DNA of 64,000 bases from a virus, in the IMG/VR virus record IMGVR_UViG_3300042923_001459, positions 32,001 to 96,000 of that record. One strand, written 5' to 3'. The notes beneath the pieces were generated by a model. That model searched no databases. It was not told the DNA's origin and saw nothing but the letters and a program-made list of their open reading frames with translations. Made by a program: the position numbers and the translations under genes. Shown in pieces: positions 49,067-58,707 of the stretch. Within the stretch, counting starts at the first letter, position 1; each line of letters opens with the position of its first letter.

Positions 49067-49231
49067 TTAGTTTTGATCCTTTACAATTTTACAATCATCC
49101 TTATCAACCAAAAGAGATGGACCTTCGCCAACATAGTAATCTCCGTCTATTTCACCAAGAACAACGAACTTCTCGCCAATACAATCGGAGTACCAGAATT
49201 CGCCACTTGCTTTGGTTATTTCAATCTTCAT
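49067..49231 (-). CDS. 54-aa protein (MKIEITKASGEFWYSDCIGEKF...CKIVKDQN)
   Basis: Hand translation; own promoter and RBS. Confidence 0.7.
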   Translation of the reverse strand: MKIEITKASGEFWYSDCIGEKFVVLGEIDGDYYVGEGPSLLVDKDDCKIVKDQN

Positions 49232-49330
49232 TTTGTTTCCTCCTTTGTTCTTCCTTATAGATTTATTATATCACAAACTTATGATTTTGTAAACTGTTTT
49301 TTAACATAAAAAAAGGGAGAATCATCTCCC

Positions 49331-50098
49331 TTACTTTTCAATATGTGCAATAGCATCTTTAATGTGGGAGATATCAAGAACAATTGCTGTCCATTCTTTA
49401 GTAGAAGCATTAGCTATTGCTACTATTTCATTATTTTCATTTAATACTGGACTACCAGAACTTCCTTTTTCTACCTTGTTTGTCAAGCGGTGAGAATATC
49501 TTACAATATCCTCTTTACCCGCAAAATAAGAACCTCTATACATTTCTGTAACTTCGCCTTCACTTATGCCAAATACACCACTTGGAAAGCCCTTGATTGT
49601 AACCTTATCACAAACAGATAGATTTTTATCAGCTATTGGTAATATTTTGATTCTATCTTTAAAATCAAGGTCGTACTGAAAAAATTTGAATTGTGTATCA
49701 AATTTAAGAACAGATAAATCATGTTCTTCATCATCATACGCGTTTGTCAAAGCAATCTTTTCCTTGTAAGTGAAATCACCTTTTTTCCACGGCGTTTCCA
49801 CCAGCAAGTCAAAAGTTAATGTTATGTTAGTAGCGTTTTTCTTCAAGCCGTGAGCAACATGATAATTTGTTATCAAATGATTATCATCAACAATTACTCC
49901 GGTACCATAAGCACAAAAACGATCTTTTTCAATCTGATAGCATCTATTGATTTTTACTACTGAAACTGATTGAACATCATCCGTTTTATCTGTTTCTTTA
50001 GTATATTCAGCTGCAAGAGTATTTGTAGAAAAGCATAGAGTTGTAATTGCGACAATAAATATTTTGGATAACAATAATTTTTTAAACATATCGAACAC
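49331..50098 (-). CDS. secreted trypsin-like (S1) serine protease
   Basis: Signal peptide; TNYHV, DLSVL, GSSGSPV triad motifs. Confidence 0.85.
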   Translation of the reverse strand: MFDMFKKLLLSKIFIVAITTLCFSTNTLAAEYTKETDKTDDVQSVSVVKINRCYQIEKDRFCAYGTGVIVDDNHLITNYHVAHGLKKNATNITLTFDLLVETPWKKGDFTYKEKIALTNAYDDEEHDLSVLKFDTQFKFFQYDLDFKDRIKILPIADKNLSVCDKVTIKGFPSGVFGISEGEVTEMYRGSYFAGKEDIVRYSHRLTNKVEKGSSGSPVLNENNEIVAIANASTKEWTAIVLDISHIKDAIAHIEK

Positions 50099-50197
50099 TC
50101 TCCTTTGTTTTTGTATTACCTTATAGAATTATTATATCACATGCTTTTGAATTTGTAAACTGTTTTTTAAAAATAAAAAAGGGAGGGTGAGCTCCCT

Positions 50198-50485
50198 TTA
50201 CCGGTAATTTGAAGAATCTCCACCAATTGAATTTTGGAATTGGTGTCGAATTCCGCCATTCCTTCTTTGAATAATGGAATTTGAAATAGTACCTGGAATT
50301 ACATATGTTGGCCGGCCAAAGAGTTTAATTTGCTCCAAAGGTTTAGCGATTATCTCATCATAAAATACGTCCTTCAATTTTCCGCAAACTTCAATTTGAA
50401 GCCACCCATCTCCATATACCTGTTTGATGATTCCTTTTTTGCCTGCATAATCAACTTCCTGATTGATTTGATAATCCATACCCAT
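50198..50485 (-). CDS. hypothetical SH3-like protein
   Basis: Cassette. Confidence 0.7.
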   Translation of the reverse strand: MGMDYQINQEVDYAGKKGIIKQVYGDGWLQIEVCGKLKDVFYDEIIAKPLEQIKLFGRPTYVIPGTISNSIIQRRNGGIRHQFQNSIGGDSSNYR

Positions 50486-50653
50486 TTGTATTTCCTCCTT
50501 TGTTCTTCCTTATAGATTAATTATATCACATGCTTTTGAATTTGTAAACTGTTTTTTAATTGATCTCAGGTGATTTCTAGTGAATCAAGTTCTGATAGGT
50601 AAAGGATATATATTACCTCATTAATCTGAGATTAACATAAAAAAACTGGGTGT

Positions 50654-51430
50654 CTAAATGACATCCAGTTGTCGATTATTATATGCTCTTATTTGTTTCC
50701 TTTTAAGTATGTCGTAGATGACCTGCTCATCACTTAGTTTCATTACAGTGAACTTTAAATTGATATCCATTAGTGTTCTGAATTGATCTAAATCCTTTTC
50801 TATGATAAATCCTTGTTCAATATACAAATCAATCTTTTCTGAGGAAGTTTTGGCATTTTGGATGATGTAATCAATCCCAAATTCTTCTGCGATTGCTTGT
50901 ATATTGTAGGATACCCTATTCTTTGCTAGTGAAAGAGAACCATTAGAGAACTTGAGTTTCATTTCTTTTTTGAGTTTTGAACATTTTGCTATTTTCTTCT
51001 TCGCCTTGCTTACGATGTAATCTAGTGCTTTGTATTCATCGTGTGCTTTGTTCCATTCTTTTGTCAATTCGCTTTCATCCAAATTTGAGAAATCATATTC
51101 ATAGGATGGAAGTTTTGCATTAATTCGAAGGTGGTATGTTTGTTCATTTTTGAACTTATCGAGTTTTTCATTTGTTTCAAATTTAGCTGTATTAACAAGT
51201 AAACCATAATCATTTAGGAATTGATTAAGACCAATTTGATTAACTTGGAATACTCTGTTTCTTATGTATTTTGCTACTATTCCTTGGGAGTGAAAAACTC
51301 GTCTTACTTCATCCTCTAGCATTCTGCTTTTGAATTCATTTCTAAGTTGAATCAACTTGTCTTCCAGGAGTTTGTATGTTTGATATTGGTTAGTTGAGAA
51401 GAGATTATCAATGATTTCTACTGCGTCCAT
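50654..51430 (-). CDS. hypothetical protein, 258 aa
   Basis: Cassette. Confidence 0.75.
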   Translation of the reverse strand: MDAVEIIDNLFSTNQYQTYKLLEDKLIQLRNEFKSRMLEDEVRRVFHSQGIVAKYIRNRVFQVNQIGLNQFLNDYGLLVNTAKFETNEKLDKFKNEQTYHLRINAKLPSYEYDFSNLDESELTKEWNKAHDEYKALDYIVSKAKKKIAKCSKLKKEMKLKFSNGSLSLAKNRVSYNIQAIAEEFGIDYIIQNAKTSSEKIDLYIEQGFIIEKDLDQFRTLMDINLKFTVMKLSDEQVIYDILKRKQIRAYNNRQLDVI

Positions 51431-51508
51431 TTGTTTGTTCCTCCTTTGTTATTACCTTATAAGATAATTATACCACAAAGGATAGCATTTGTAAACTGTT
51501 TTTTTAAA

Positions 51509-51706
51509 CTATCTTAACTTTTGAACTAGCATTGCGTTAATCATTCCTCTATTTTCAGAGAGGTATGTTTGAAATTCTGCCCATGTAAATCCAAGGAAAT
51601 CTTGAAGTGAAAGTGGTGAACACCCACATCTCCATGCATTAACGTAAACTTCAAGGTCCACCAAACCAGCTCTACCATTCAATAGGTCTTGCACAAAAGT
51701 TGTCAT
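51509..51706 (-). CDS. paralog of 43632-43865
   Basis: MTTFVQDLLNG...SLQDFLGFT. Confidence 0.7.
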   Translation of the reverse strand: MTTFVQDLLNGRAGLVDLEVYVNAWRCGCSPLSLQDFLGFTWAEFQTYLSENRGMINAMLVQKLR

Positions 51707-51761
51707 TTTAATCTTCTCCCTTCATAATTACCATATTAGTTTATAAAAAAAGGACCAGCCA

Positions 51762-51935
51762 TTAGGCTGGTCTTGTACTTGCTGTAATTGAAAGCAATTT
51801 TCGATACTCCGCTTGCATTTTTGTTCTTTCCTCGGTGGAAAGGCGTGGTGATGAAAGCTCGTGGAATAATGAATTCCTACGGGACATCATTTGTGAGTGC
51901 GTAAGACCTGTTTCTGGGTGAATTTGATTTTTCAT
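51762..51935 (-). CDS. 57-aa protein (MKNQIHPETGLTHSQMM...)
   Basis: Hand translation; own promoter, RBS, terminator. Confidence 0.65.
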   Translation of the reverse strand: MKNQIHPETGLTHSQMMSRRNSLFHELSSPRLSTEERTKMQAEYRKLLSITASTRPA

Positions 51936-52055
51936 TTAGTTCCTCCAATGCGTTTTTGTTTGTATTACCTTATAGATTTATTATATCACAGACTTTTGAT
52001 TATGTAAACTGTTTTTTAAAAAAAGAAAGAAGAGATTTTACTCTCTCCTTTGCAA

Positions 52056-52265
52056 CTATTTTCTACTCGTAATGTACGTAGGAACTTTTTTCTTATACTT
52101 TACACGAGATTGTGTACCTGTTTTTAAATTAACAGTTACCTTGTATTGACTACCTTCAATTGGAAAATTTTCACGATATATCATCTTACTTCCTCTTACC
52201 AAGTACTCAATGATTCCATACTTCTCAGCGTAAAATAAGGCTTGTTGTTCATAATTTGTTTCCAT
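52056..52265 (-). CDS. hypothetical early protein
   Basis: Cassette; YAEKYGIIEY. Confidence 0.75.
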   Translation of the reverse strand: METNYEQQALFYAEKYGIIEYLVRGSKMIYRENFPIEGSQYKVTVNLKTGTQSRVKYKKKVPTYITSRK

Positions 52266-52366
52266 CCTATCTCCTCCTCGTTTACCTTATAGATTAATTA
52301 TATCACAGACTTTTGATTTTGTAAACTGTTTTTTTAAAAAGAGAGAGGGTTTCCCCTCCCTGTTGG

Positions 52367-52561
52367 TTAGGCTTTGATTAATCCTGAAACGATAAAGTCA
52401 CTTCTTGATTGCCCGGTTAATTCCATTTGCTCTCTGATAGCTTTGTTTTCGCTATCAACATTATTCCAACCTTTGATGTACGGGCATTGTTCCTCTTTGC
52501 CAGTTACTAAGTTCATAAGTTTGAAGCCCGTGTATCCGTTCACTCCATTATTCTTTGCCAT
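52367..52561 (-). CDS. hypothetical early protein
   Basis: Cassette. Confidence 0.75.
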   Translation of the reverse strand: MAKNNGVNGYTGFKLMNLVTGKEEQCPYIKGWNNVDSENKAIREQMELTGQSRSDFIVSGLIKA

Positions 52562-52662
52562 TTTGTTTCCTCCTTTGTATTACCTTATAGATTAATTATA
52601 TCACAAGCTTAGCGCTTTGTAAACTATTTTTTAACATAAAAAAAGAGAGGGTTTCCCCTCTC

Positions 52663-52872
52663 TTAAAATGCTGTTGCTTCGATATCTTTACGGTGACTAT
52701 CATAAACTCCCATATCTTTTAATGCTGTCTCCTTGATGTCCTTGCCTTGTTCTTCGCAACGAGTAATGAATTGCTCATAATCTTCGTTGTCCCAACATTC
52801 TACCATACCGTCTCCACCGTTATTGTAATTATCCAGTGCTAGTTGCTTAAGCATTTTGATTTTTTCTTCCAT
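52663..52872 (-). CDS. hypothetical early protein
   Basis: Cassette; ALDNYNNGGDGMVECW. Confidence 0.75.
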   Translation of the reverse strand: MEEKIKMLKQLALDNYNNGGDGMVECWDNEDYEQFITRCEEQGKDIKETALKDMGVYDSHRKDIEATAF

Positions 52873-52954
52873 TTGAATTCCTCCAGTGTTTGTGTGTTTG
52901 TATTACCTTATAGATTAATTATATCACAAACACTGGAGTATGTAAACTGTTTTT

Positions 52955-53425
52955 TTAAACTACTTGTTGTAATTCTTCCTGCGTCTCTTCTTTTGGAAGA
53001 GCAAAAGCGTTTCTGTTCTCATCGAACTCAAGTGAATCAAGTCTTCTGATGTTGTTTCCACTGTCGTCAAGTAATCCAATGCAGCGTTCCAATGCATGTG
53101 AGTAACACCAAGTCTGAGCAATTTTATGTTCTTCCTCAGAGAGAGGATAGAGACTACTCAACCTACAAAAGCGGTTTTCCTCTAAAACCTCACCAGAGAT
53201 GTCGTAATAACGATCATCAATTTTCGTTACCACGTGGGCGCCGAAGAGAGGCGTTGAAAGAATCTCTCCTTCTGGGAAGACAAATTGAAGAGTCCTTGCA
53301 AACATGTAACAATTACCACGAGAGTAGACTTGCTCTAAGACCTGGTGAGCATCATGACCATTTCCATTTTTGTGTCCTTTGATAAGACCGATAAAGAACA
53401 TTACTCGTTGGTGTGTAGTTTGCAT
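52955..53425 (-). CDS. putative papain/transglutaminase-like Cys-His-Asp protein
   Basis: GNCYMFA...HVVTKIDDRYYDISG. Confidence 0.55.
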   Translation of the reverse strand: MQTTHQRVMFFIGLIKGHKNGNGHDAHQVLEQVYSRGNCYMFARTLQFVFPEGEILSTPLFGAHVVTKIDDRYYDISGEVLEENRFCRLSSLYPLSEEEHKIAQTWCYSHALERCIGLLDDSGNNIRRLDSLEFDENRNAFALPKEETQEELQQVV

Positions 53426-53528
53426 TGAATCCAGCTCCTCTACGTTTTGTATTACCTTATAGATTAATTATATCACAGCTTGTACAATTTGTAAACTGTT
53501 TTTTTAAAAAGAGAGGATTTCCTCTCCT

Positions 53529-53765
53529 TTAATGTTTGTCCCAAAGTAACAATACCGTCTTGGCAATGGTTACCGCATCTGGGTTACGAGTTACCTCGTG
53601 TGGTTCATTCTCATCAGACCATTCATAATATACCACATCATCTTTTACCGTTAACCAGAGGGGCACATGGAAAATGTTCTTTCTTTCTTCCGGAGTTAGG
53701 ATGCTTTCAATCATGAATTTCATAAGTGACTTAGCCATGGATTTGTTATCTACTTCAATTTGCAT
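53529..53765 (-). CDS. hypothetical early protein
   Basis: Cassette. Confidence 0.75.
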   Translation of the reverse strand: MQIEVDNKSMAKSLMKFMIESILTPEERKNIFHVPLWLTVKDDVVYYEWSDENEPHEVTRNPDAVTIAKTVLLLWDKH

Positions 53766-53879
53766 TTTGTTTCCTCCTTCGTTATTACCTTATAAGATAA
53801 TTATACCACGTTCTTACGTATTTGTAAACTGTTTTTTAACATCAAAAAAGGAGAACCTTTTGGGTTCTCCTTTTAAAGA

Positions 53880-54281
53880 TTAGATTACTTCTGGTGTTTG
53901 TGCAAGGACTGGAAATTGTGGAACATATAATTCAATATCCACTTCATCCAAACCAACCAGTGTGCCTTGTGGTGTCCCCGACTTAGGATTAAAGAGTTGA
54001 GCCTTGAAAGCATTTTTCTTTGCCGAAGGCTTAACAATTAATGCCTGGCGTCCAGTTGCCCATCCGGATTTTACAATTACCAAATCATTTTCATTGAAAG
54101 CCGGAGTTTCATTTTCAAACCATTTTCCACCTTTTGCTTTTGGTTGGGAATTCATTTCATCAATCCTTTCATTGATTTGATCTATCAGGATTGCTGCCTT
54201 AATTCCATTAACCTTGAGTTCAAATAACTTACCAATTTCTTTAAGAACATTGTAATTAGTTTCGATGGATACGTTTTTCAT
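53880..54281 (-). CDS. paralog of 47800-48195
   Basis: ETNY...EIGKLF.LKV...SGWATGRQ..IVKPSAK. Confidence 0.75.
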   Translation of the reverse strand: MKNVSIETNYNVLKEIGKLFELKVNGIKAAILIDQINERIDEMNSQPKAKGGKWFENETPAFNENDLVIVKSGWATGRQALIVKPSAKKNAFKAQLFNPKSGTPQGTLVGLDEVDIELYVPQFPVLAQTPEVI

Positions 54282-54381
54282 TTGAATTCCTCCAATGTTT
54301 TTTTAAATTTGTTTTCCTTACCTTATAGATTAATTATATCACATTTCTTAGTACTTGTAAACTGTTTTTTTAAAATCTTTT

Positions 54382-54459
54382 TTAACGACTTATTATTAAG
54401 TAGATAATGAATGCTACGAATTCAGGAGTAAAATTAATACTCATTTGATATTTTTTCAT
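54382..54459 (-). CDS. 25-aa hydrophobic peptide (MKKYQMSINFTPEFVAFIIYLIISR)
   Basis: Hand translation; promoter fused directly to AAGGAGG. Confidence 0.5.
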   Translation of the reverse strand: MKKYQMSINFTPEFVAFIIYLIISR

Positions 54460-54534
54460 TTAGCATTCCTCCTTATAGATTAATTATATCACAATCTTAT
54501 GAGTATGTAAACTGTTTTTTAAAGAGGAGAGGAG

Positions 54535-54738
54535 TTAATCCTCCTCCTCTATCCTGACCTCCATGGTGTCAATTACTTGCATTCCTTTATATACTATAAT
54601 CGTTCCTTTTGTGTTACACGTCGTGCAATTCTCGCGATACGTACCACACCATTCATCCGGAACTTCTCTTTCTCCATCGCCATGACAATCATCACAAACT
54701 ATTTCTTTCAATTTCTTCTTAACTTTTAAACTATTCAT
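54535..54738 (-). CDS. DnaJ-type CxxCxGxG zinc-finger protein
   Basis: CDDCHGDG...CTTCNTKG. Confidence 0.7.
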   Translation of the reverse strand: MNSLKVKKKLKEIVCDDCHGDGEREVPDEWCGTYRENCTTCNTKGTIIVYKGMQVIDTMEVRIEEED

Positions 54739-54838
54739 TTCATTCTCCCCTTCCGTATTACCTTATAGATTAATTATATCACAGACTATTATGTTTGTAA
54801 ACTGTTTTTTAACAAAAAAATAGAGACCCAAAGGTCTC

Positions 54839-55069
54839 TTAACTGCGAAGATAAGCTACATCATCCTTGAAAAATTTCTCTCTTGCCTGACCGACTGTCA
54901 TCCCAACAAACTGAGATTGATTGTGGTGGTAACTCTTTTCATCTGTGTAGAATGAGAACAGTTTTTCCTTGCCACTTGCAGTGATAGCATGTACCGCGTA
55001 TTGAGCAACATTTCCTGCCCATTTGAATGTGGGTTCAAACTCAACCGATTGAATAATTTCATTTTCCAA
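54839..55069 (-). CDS. hypothetical early protein
   Basis: Cassette. Confidence 0.7.
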   Translation of the reverse strand: MENEIIQSVEFEPTFKWAGNVAQYAVHAITASGKEKLFSFYTDEKSYHHNQSQFVGMTVGQAREKFFKDDVAYLRS

Positions 55070-55173
55070 GTGAATCCCTCCAGCATTTTTTAATTTGTAT
55101 TACCTTATAGATATATTATATCACATGGAATAGTATTTGTAAACTGTTTTTTTAACATGAAAAAACCCCTCCG

Positions 55174-55440
55174 TTAGGAGAGGTTCTCTACTACAACTAT
55201 GGTTTTGCCTTCCTTCTTAGCAAGATCAACCCCGCGCCAAATAAAGAAGTCTTCCTTGACATCAGCGTAATATGCTGCATCGTTAGCGGTTAACCATTCT
55301 CTCAACTTAGCTCCTTCCTCCTTGTATGTTGGGTTGTTCCAAGAACGTACCGGAAACAATACTTCAATGAGTCTACAAATGTTAACTACTTTAACACCAT
55401 CAATTTCTTCCATAACCGGAACATTTCCAATCATTTTCAT
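55174..55440 (-). CDS. hypothetical early protein
   Basis: Cassette. Confidence 0.7.
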   Translation of the reverse strand: MKMIGNVPVMEEIDGVKVVNICRLIEVLFPVRSWNNPTYKEEGAKLREWLTANDAAYYADVKEDFFIWRGVDLAKKEGKTIVVVENLS

Positions 55441-55540
55441 TCCTCCAGTGTTTTTAATTTGTATTACCTTATAGATTAATTATATCACATGGAGTAGTAT
55501 TTGTAAACTGTTTTTAAATAAAAAAGAGAGATTTCTCTCT

Positions 55541-55924
55541 CTATCGAGCGGATATTTCAAATACCGGTTGTTTGGAACAAGCATTAAATACTGCTTCAAA
55601 CGGTCCGTCGTCTTCATTATTCAAATTCTCAGGAGTTATCTTGGTCCAAATACGAACGTTGTAAATCGTTTCCATTTCTCCAGCTGCATGGCCTAATCTT
55701 GGTTGTTCTGAAGAACTAAACTCAACACGATTGATAGATACTGTTTTTGGGAAATACAGCTTATTGTTTGACATAAAGTCAACCGGATGAAGTGTTAAAA
55801 AACCAATAATGGAAGCATCAGCTCTACCGAATTTCTTAATTAGTTCTTCGTTGTTAATGAGCTTGATTTGCTTTTCAATTCGTTGAAATTCTTCTACAGT
55901 TGTAGCTGTAATCTTAATTGCCAT
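55541..55924 (-). CDS. hypothetical early protein
   Basis: Cassette. Confidence 0.75.
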   Translation of the reverse strand: MAIKITATTVEEFQRIEKQIKLINNEELIKKFGRADASIIGFLTLHPVDFMSNNKLYFPKTVSINRVEFSSSEQPRLGHAAGEMETIYNVRIWTKITPENLNNEDDGPFEAVFNACSKQPVFEISAR

Positions 55925-56000
55925 CGTATCTCCTCCAAAGTTTTTTGTATTACCTTATAGATTAATTATATCGTGTATAATGGCCTTTGTAAACTGTTTT

Positions 56001-56753
56001 TTAAGCTCCTCTTACAAGAGCTTTCTTTACTAAACTTGCTTCAATGTATTGTTCAACATAGAATTCATATCCAATCTCTTTGAGCGCACCCAAACAACGC
56101 TTGTTAATTACAATATCTGCGTTTACATCATTAGGATTGATCTCTACAATTGTCCCAACATGCGGACCTTCCGTTACTGTGATGTAAATCATTTCACCTT
56201 CGCGTGACTCAAACTTCTCAAGTACATATTTTTGATAATCACCTTGGAAATGCATAATTTCTTTCTGAATTACCAGAGATTGCTTGTTAAGCTCTTCAAT
56301 CGGTTGTTCTAACCTAACTGTGTCGTTGCTTTTTTTGTTGTACTTACGAAACATTTCGAAATCCGCAAGGTATGGTACAAAACTTACGCGTCCATAAAAT
56401 GTTGTGATGATGATTGTATCTTTCTTGCCTTTTGTTTCGAACGTAAATAGAATGTCATCATCAATAACACCAATGCATTGCTTGTAATATAACTTGACAC
56501 GACGTTGTGCGTGAGCAACACTGATAGTTTCTGCCAATCTGCTTATGTCATTGATGACAGGGCCGACCCTGGTGTTCCAACGAGGGAATGCATGATTAAC
56601 GATTTGAAATTTTAGTGTTGGCTCCATGCTAGATAATTGTAAGTCTCTCATGTTGCGATTGCGCATGTAATCCCTGATGTCCTCTATGTTGCTTGAAGTA
56701 TGATTGCGTAAACTGAAGTACTGCGTGATTTCGATAGGTTTAGTGTGTCCCAT
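56001..56753 (-). CDS. hypothetical protein, 250 aa
   Basis: Degenerate promoter at about 56785-56830. Confidence 0.7.
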   Translation of the reverse strand: MGHTKPIEITQYFSLRNHTSSNIEDIRDYMRNRNMRDLQLSSMEPTLKFQIVNHAFPRWNTRVGPVINDISRLAETISVAHAQRRVKLYYKQCIGVIDDDILFTFETKGKKDTIIITTFYGRVSFVPYLADFEMFRKYNKKSNDTVRLEQPIEELNKQSLVIQKEIMHFQGDYQKYVLEKFESREGEMIYITVTEGPHVGTIVEINPNDVNADIVINKRCLGALKEIGYEFYVEQYIEASLVKKALVRGA

Positions 56754-56841
56754 GTCATCCGGTACTCTCCCTTCGTCATTTTATTGTTATAACATTATTA
56801 TATCAAGTTTGTCTCATTATGTAAACATTTTTTAAAAATTA

Positions 56842-57045
56842 TTATGAAGCCTTCCGTGTTAAGACAACCACAACTTGTACACTGGAGCAACCTCTTGCTT
56901 CATACTTGGTTTTAAGTTGTTCCTTTGCTTGACGGTTTGCATCGAATTCGTCTGTTGCAGCTTCTACATATTCAGTTGGTTTTGATTTGAGATTTGAGAC
57001 CCCGTCAAATGCTTCTAAATTACAATGGCAAACGTATGAATCCAT
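56842..57045 (-). CDS. hypothetical early protein
   Basis: Cassette. Confidence 0.7.
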   Translation of the reverse strand: MDSYVCHCNLEAFDGVSNLKSKPTEYVEAATDEFDANRQAKEQLKTKYEARGCSSVQVVVVLTRKAS

Positions 57046-57150
57046 ATAATTCCCTCCAATGAGTTAGTTTAACTTGTATTACCTTATATATTTATTATAT
57101 CATGATTTCTTCCTCTTGTAAACTGTTTTTAAAAACAAAAAAAGGGGAGC

Positions 57151-57306
57151 CTATTGGCTCCACCTAGTTTTGAGAATGTAAACCATAGTTTTGAAACGTT
57201 TTTTAAAAGTTGCTTTCTTTTCAGCCTTGAAAACAACTTCAACGTTTTTAGGAGCTGCCACCACATATGGTTTACCGTCTTTCATTCCAATCACTACTTG
57301 TTTCAT
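57151..57306 (-). CDS. small basic protein (MKQVVIGMKDG...)
   Basis: GGAGGG RBS before 57306; start revised from the track. Confidence 0.65.
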   Translation of the reverse strand: MKQVVIGMKDGKPYVVAAPKNVEVVFKAEKKATFKKRFKTMVYILKTRWSQ

Positions 57307-57330
57307 CGAATCCCTCCAATGAGTTGTTTT

Positions 57331-57389
57331 TTGTTTTCCTTTATAGTTTATTATATTCACATTTTGTTAGGGTTAGAACTAAAACTTTT
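57331..57389 (-). promoter_or_regulatory. variant promoter element, copy 1
   Basis: AAAGTTTTAG-TTCTAA-N17-TATAAT-AAACTATAAAGGAAAACAA. Confidence 0.6.
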
Positions 57390-57417
57390 AAAGGAAGTTG
57401 ACAGAAAAAAAGGGAGC

Positions 57418-57669
57418 TTACGCCCCCACCTTTTTCTTTTGCTTGTCCTTTTTCAAGAGATTCTTGGCTAATAAAATGCCAGTACCACCAACACCAAAGG
57501 CGAGCATTGCTGGTCCTATAATACCTAAGGCTGTAACGATAATTGCTGGAGCAATGATTGCAGTGACTGCGAGTGCACCACCAGCTATTATTGTGTATCC
57601 AGCTTTGTCACTAGCTTCAGGTCTTCCAGAAATCTCTCTAATTATTTCAAGCTTTTCATTGTTTGTCAT
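57418..57669 (-). CDS. two-TM membrane protein
   Basis: Long hydrophobic Gly/Ala-rich segment, basic tail. Confidence 0.7.
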   Translation of the reverse strand: MTNNEKLEIIREISGRPEASDKAGYTIIAGGALAVTAIIAPAIIVTALGIIGPAMLAFGVGGTGILLAKNLLKKDKQKKKVGA

Positions 57670-57688
57670 TTATAAATCCCTCCAATTT

Positions 57689-57747
57689 TTGTTTTCCTTT
57701 ATAGTTTATTATATTCACATGCTAGTAGTAATAGAACCAAAACTTTA
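57689..57747 (-). promoter_or_regulatory. variant promoter element, copy 2
   Basis: AAAGTTTTGG-TTCTAT-N17-TATAAT-AAACTATAAAGGAAAACAA. Confidence 0.6.
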
Positions 57748-57762
57748 CAAAAAAAACCTCCC

Positions 57763-58077
57763 CTATTCAGGGAGGGTAATTTCTCCATTTGCGATTTTGC
57801 AAAGTTGTCCAGCGTATTTTTGGATTTTCTTTGCTGCAATGGTATATTGCTTTGGAGTGAGAGTTTTTCCACGGTTGATTTGTTCTGCAAATGAAGTCAT
57901 GATGCCTGCATCTGCACCATTGAATCCAACTCCATTGTGATGTCTGGTATCTCCAATGCGCTTCTCGTCTTCCGTTTGGAACTTCCAAATAGAAACTATT
58001 GCTCTTTGTACTGCATTCACGTTGTTTGCCAGTAGAGATTTGATTTCATCTTTGTCCCAAACTTTTGTTTGCTCCAT
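57763..58077 (-). CDS. phage hypothetical protein
   Basis: QTEDEK...NGVGFNGADA...LTPKQ; cassette. Confidence 0.75.
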   Translation of the reverse strand: MEQTKVWDKDEIKSLLANNVNAVQRAIVSIWKFQTEDEKRIGDTRHHNGVGFNGADAGIMTSFAEQINRGKTLTPKQYTIAAKKIQKYAGQLCKIANGEITLPE

Positions 58078-58174
58078 TTTAATTCCTCCAATGTGTAATT
58101 AATTTGTATTACCTTATAGATTAATTATATCACAATTGGTAGTGTTTGTAAACTGTTTTTTAACAAAAGAAGGA

Positions 58175-58384
58175 TTACTCCTCCTCTTGTGGTTCGCTCC
58201 ATTTTTCAGCACATTCATTTCTTTCTGCTTTGTTTTCAAATTGAGCAATTACTACAAATGTTGCTCCTTCTTCTCTAGCAACTATCCAATCCATGCCTAT
58301 ACCTTCAATTATCTTATCGCCGTATGAATCTCGACCAAAGTAACCTTCGCAAAATCCGTATAGTTTCATACCAGTTTTTAACAT
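58175..58384 (-). CDS. phage hypothetical protein
   Basis: GFCEGYFGRDSYGDKIIE; cassette. Confidence 0.75.
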   Translation of the reverse strand: MLKTGMKLYGFCEGYFGRDSYGDKIIEGIGMDWIVAREEGATFVVIAQFENKAERNECAEKWSEPQEEE

Positions 58385-58497
58385 TTTGTTTCCTCCTTTG
58401 TATTTGTATTACCTTATAGATTAATTATATCACAATTGTTGAAGCGTGTAAACTGTTTTTTAAAACAAAAGGGAGATTTTACTCTCCCTCTAATCAA

Positions 58498-58707
58498 TTA
58501 CCAAAGCCTTTGTTTGTCTTTTGCTGCTTCCTCTGCCGAAATCTCGATTGCATCGTATCCCTCGATATTGCGAATCTTCTCGATGGTTGCCATACCTTGG
58601 ATGTAACTTGTATTGCTTTCATCATCGGCTGGAACATCGAAGCTGTAGTTGCGTTGACCATTAACCATAATGTCAAAGTACCTATATTTGCGCTTTGTTG
58701 TTTCCAT
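58498..58707 (-). CDS. hypothetical early protein
   Basis: Cassette, AAGGAGG RBS. Confidence 0.7.
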   Translation of the reverse strand: METTKRKYRYFDIMVNGQRNYSFDVPADDESNTSYIQGMATIEKIRNIEGYDAIEISAEEAAKDKQRLW

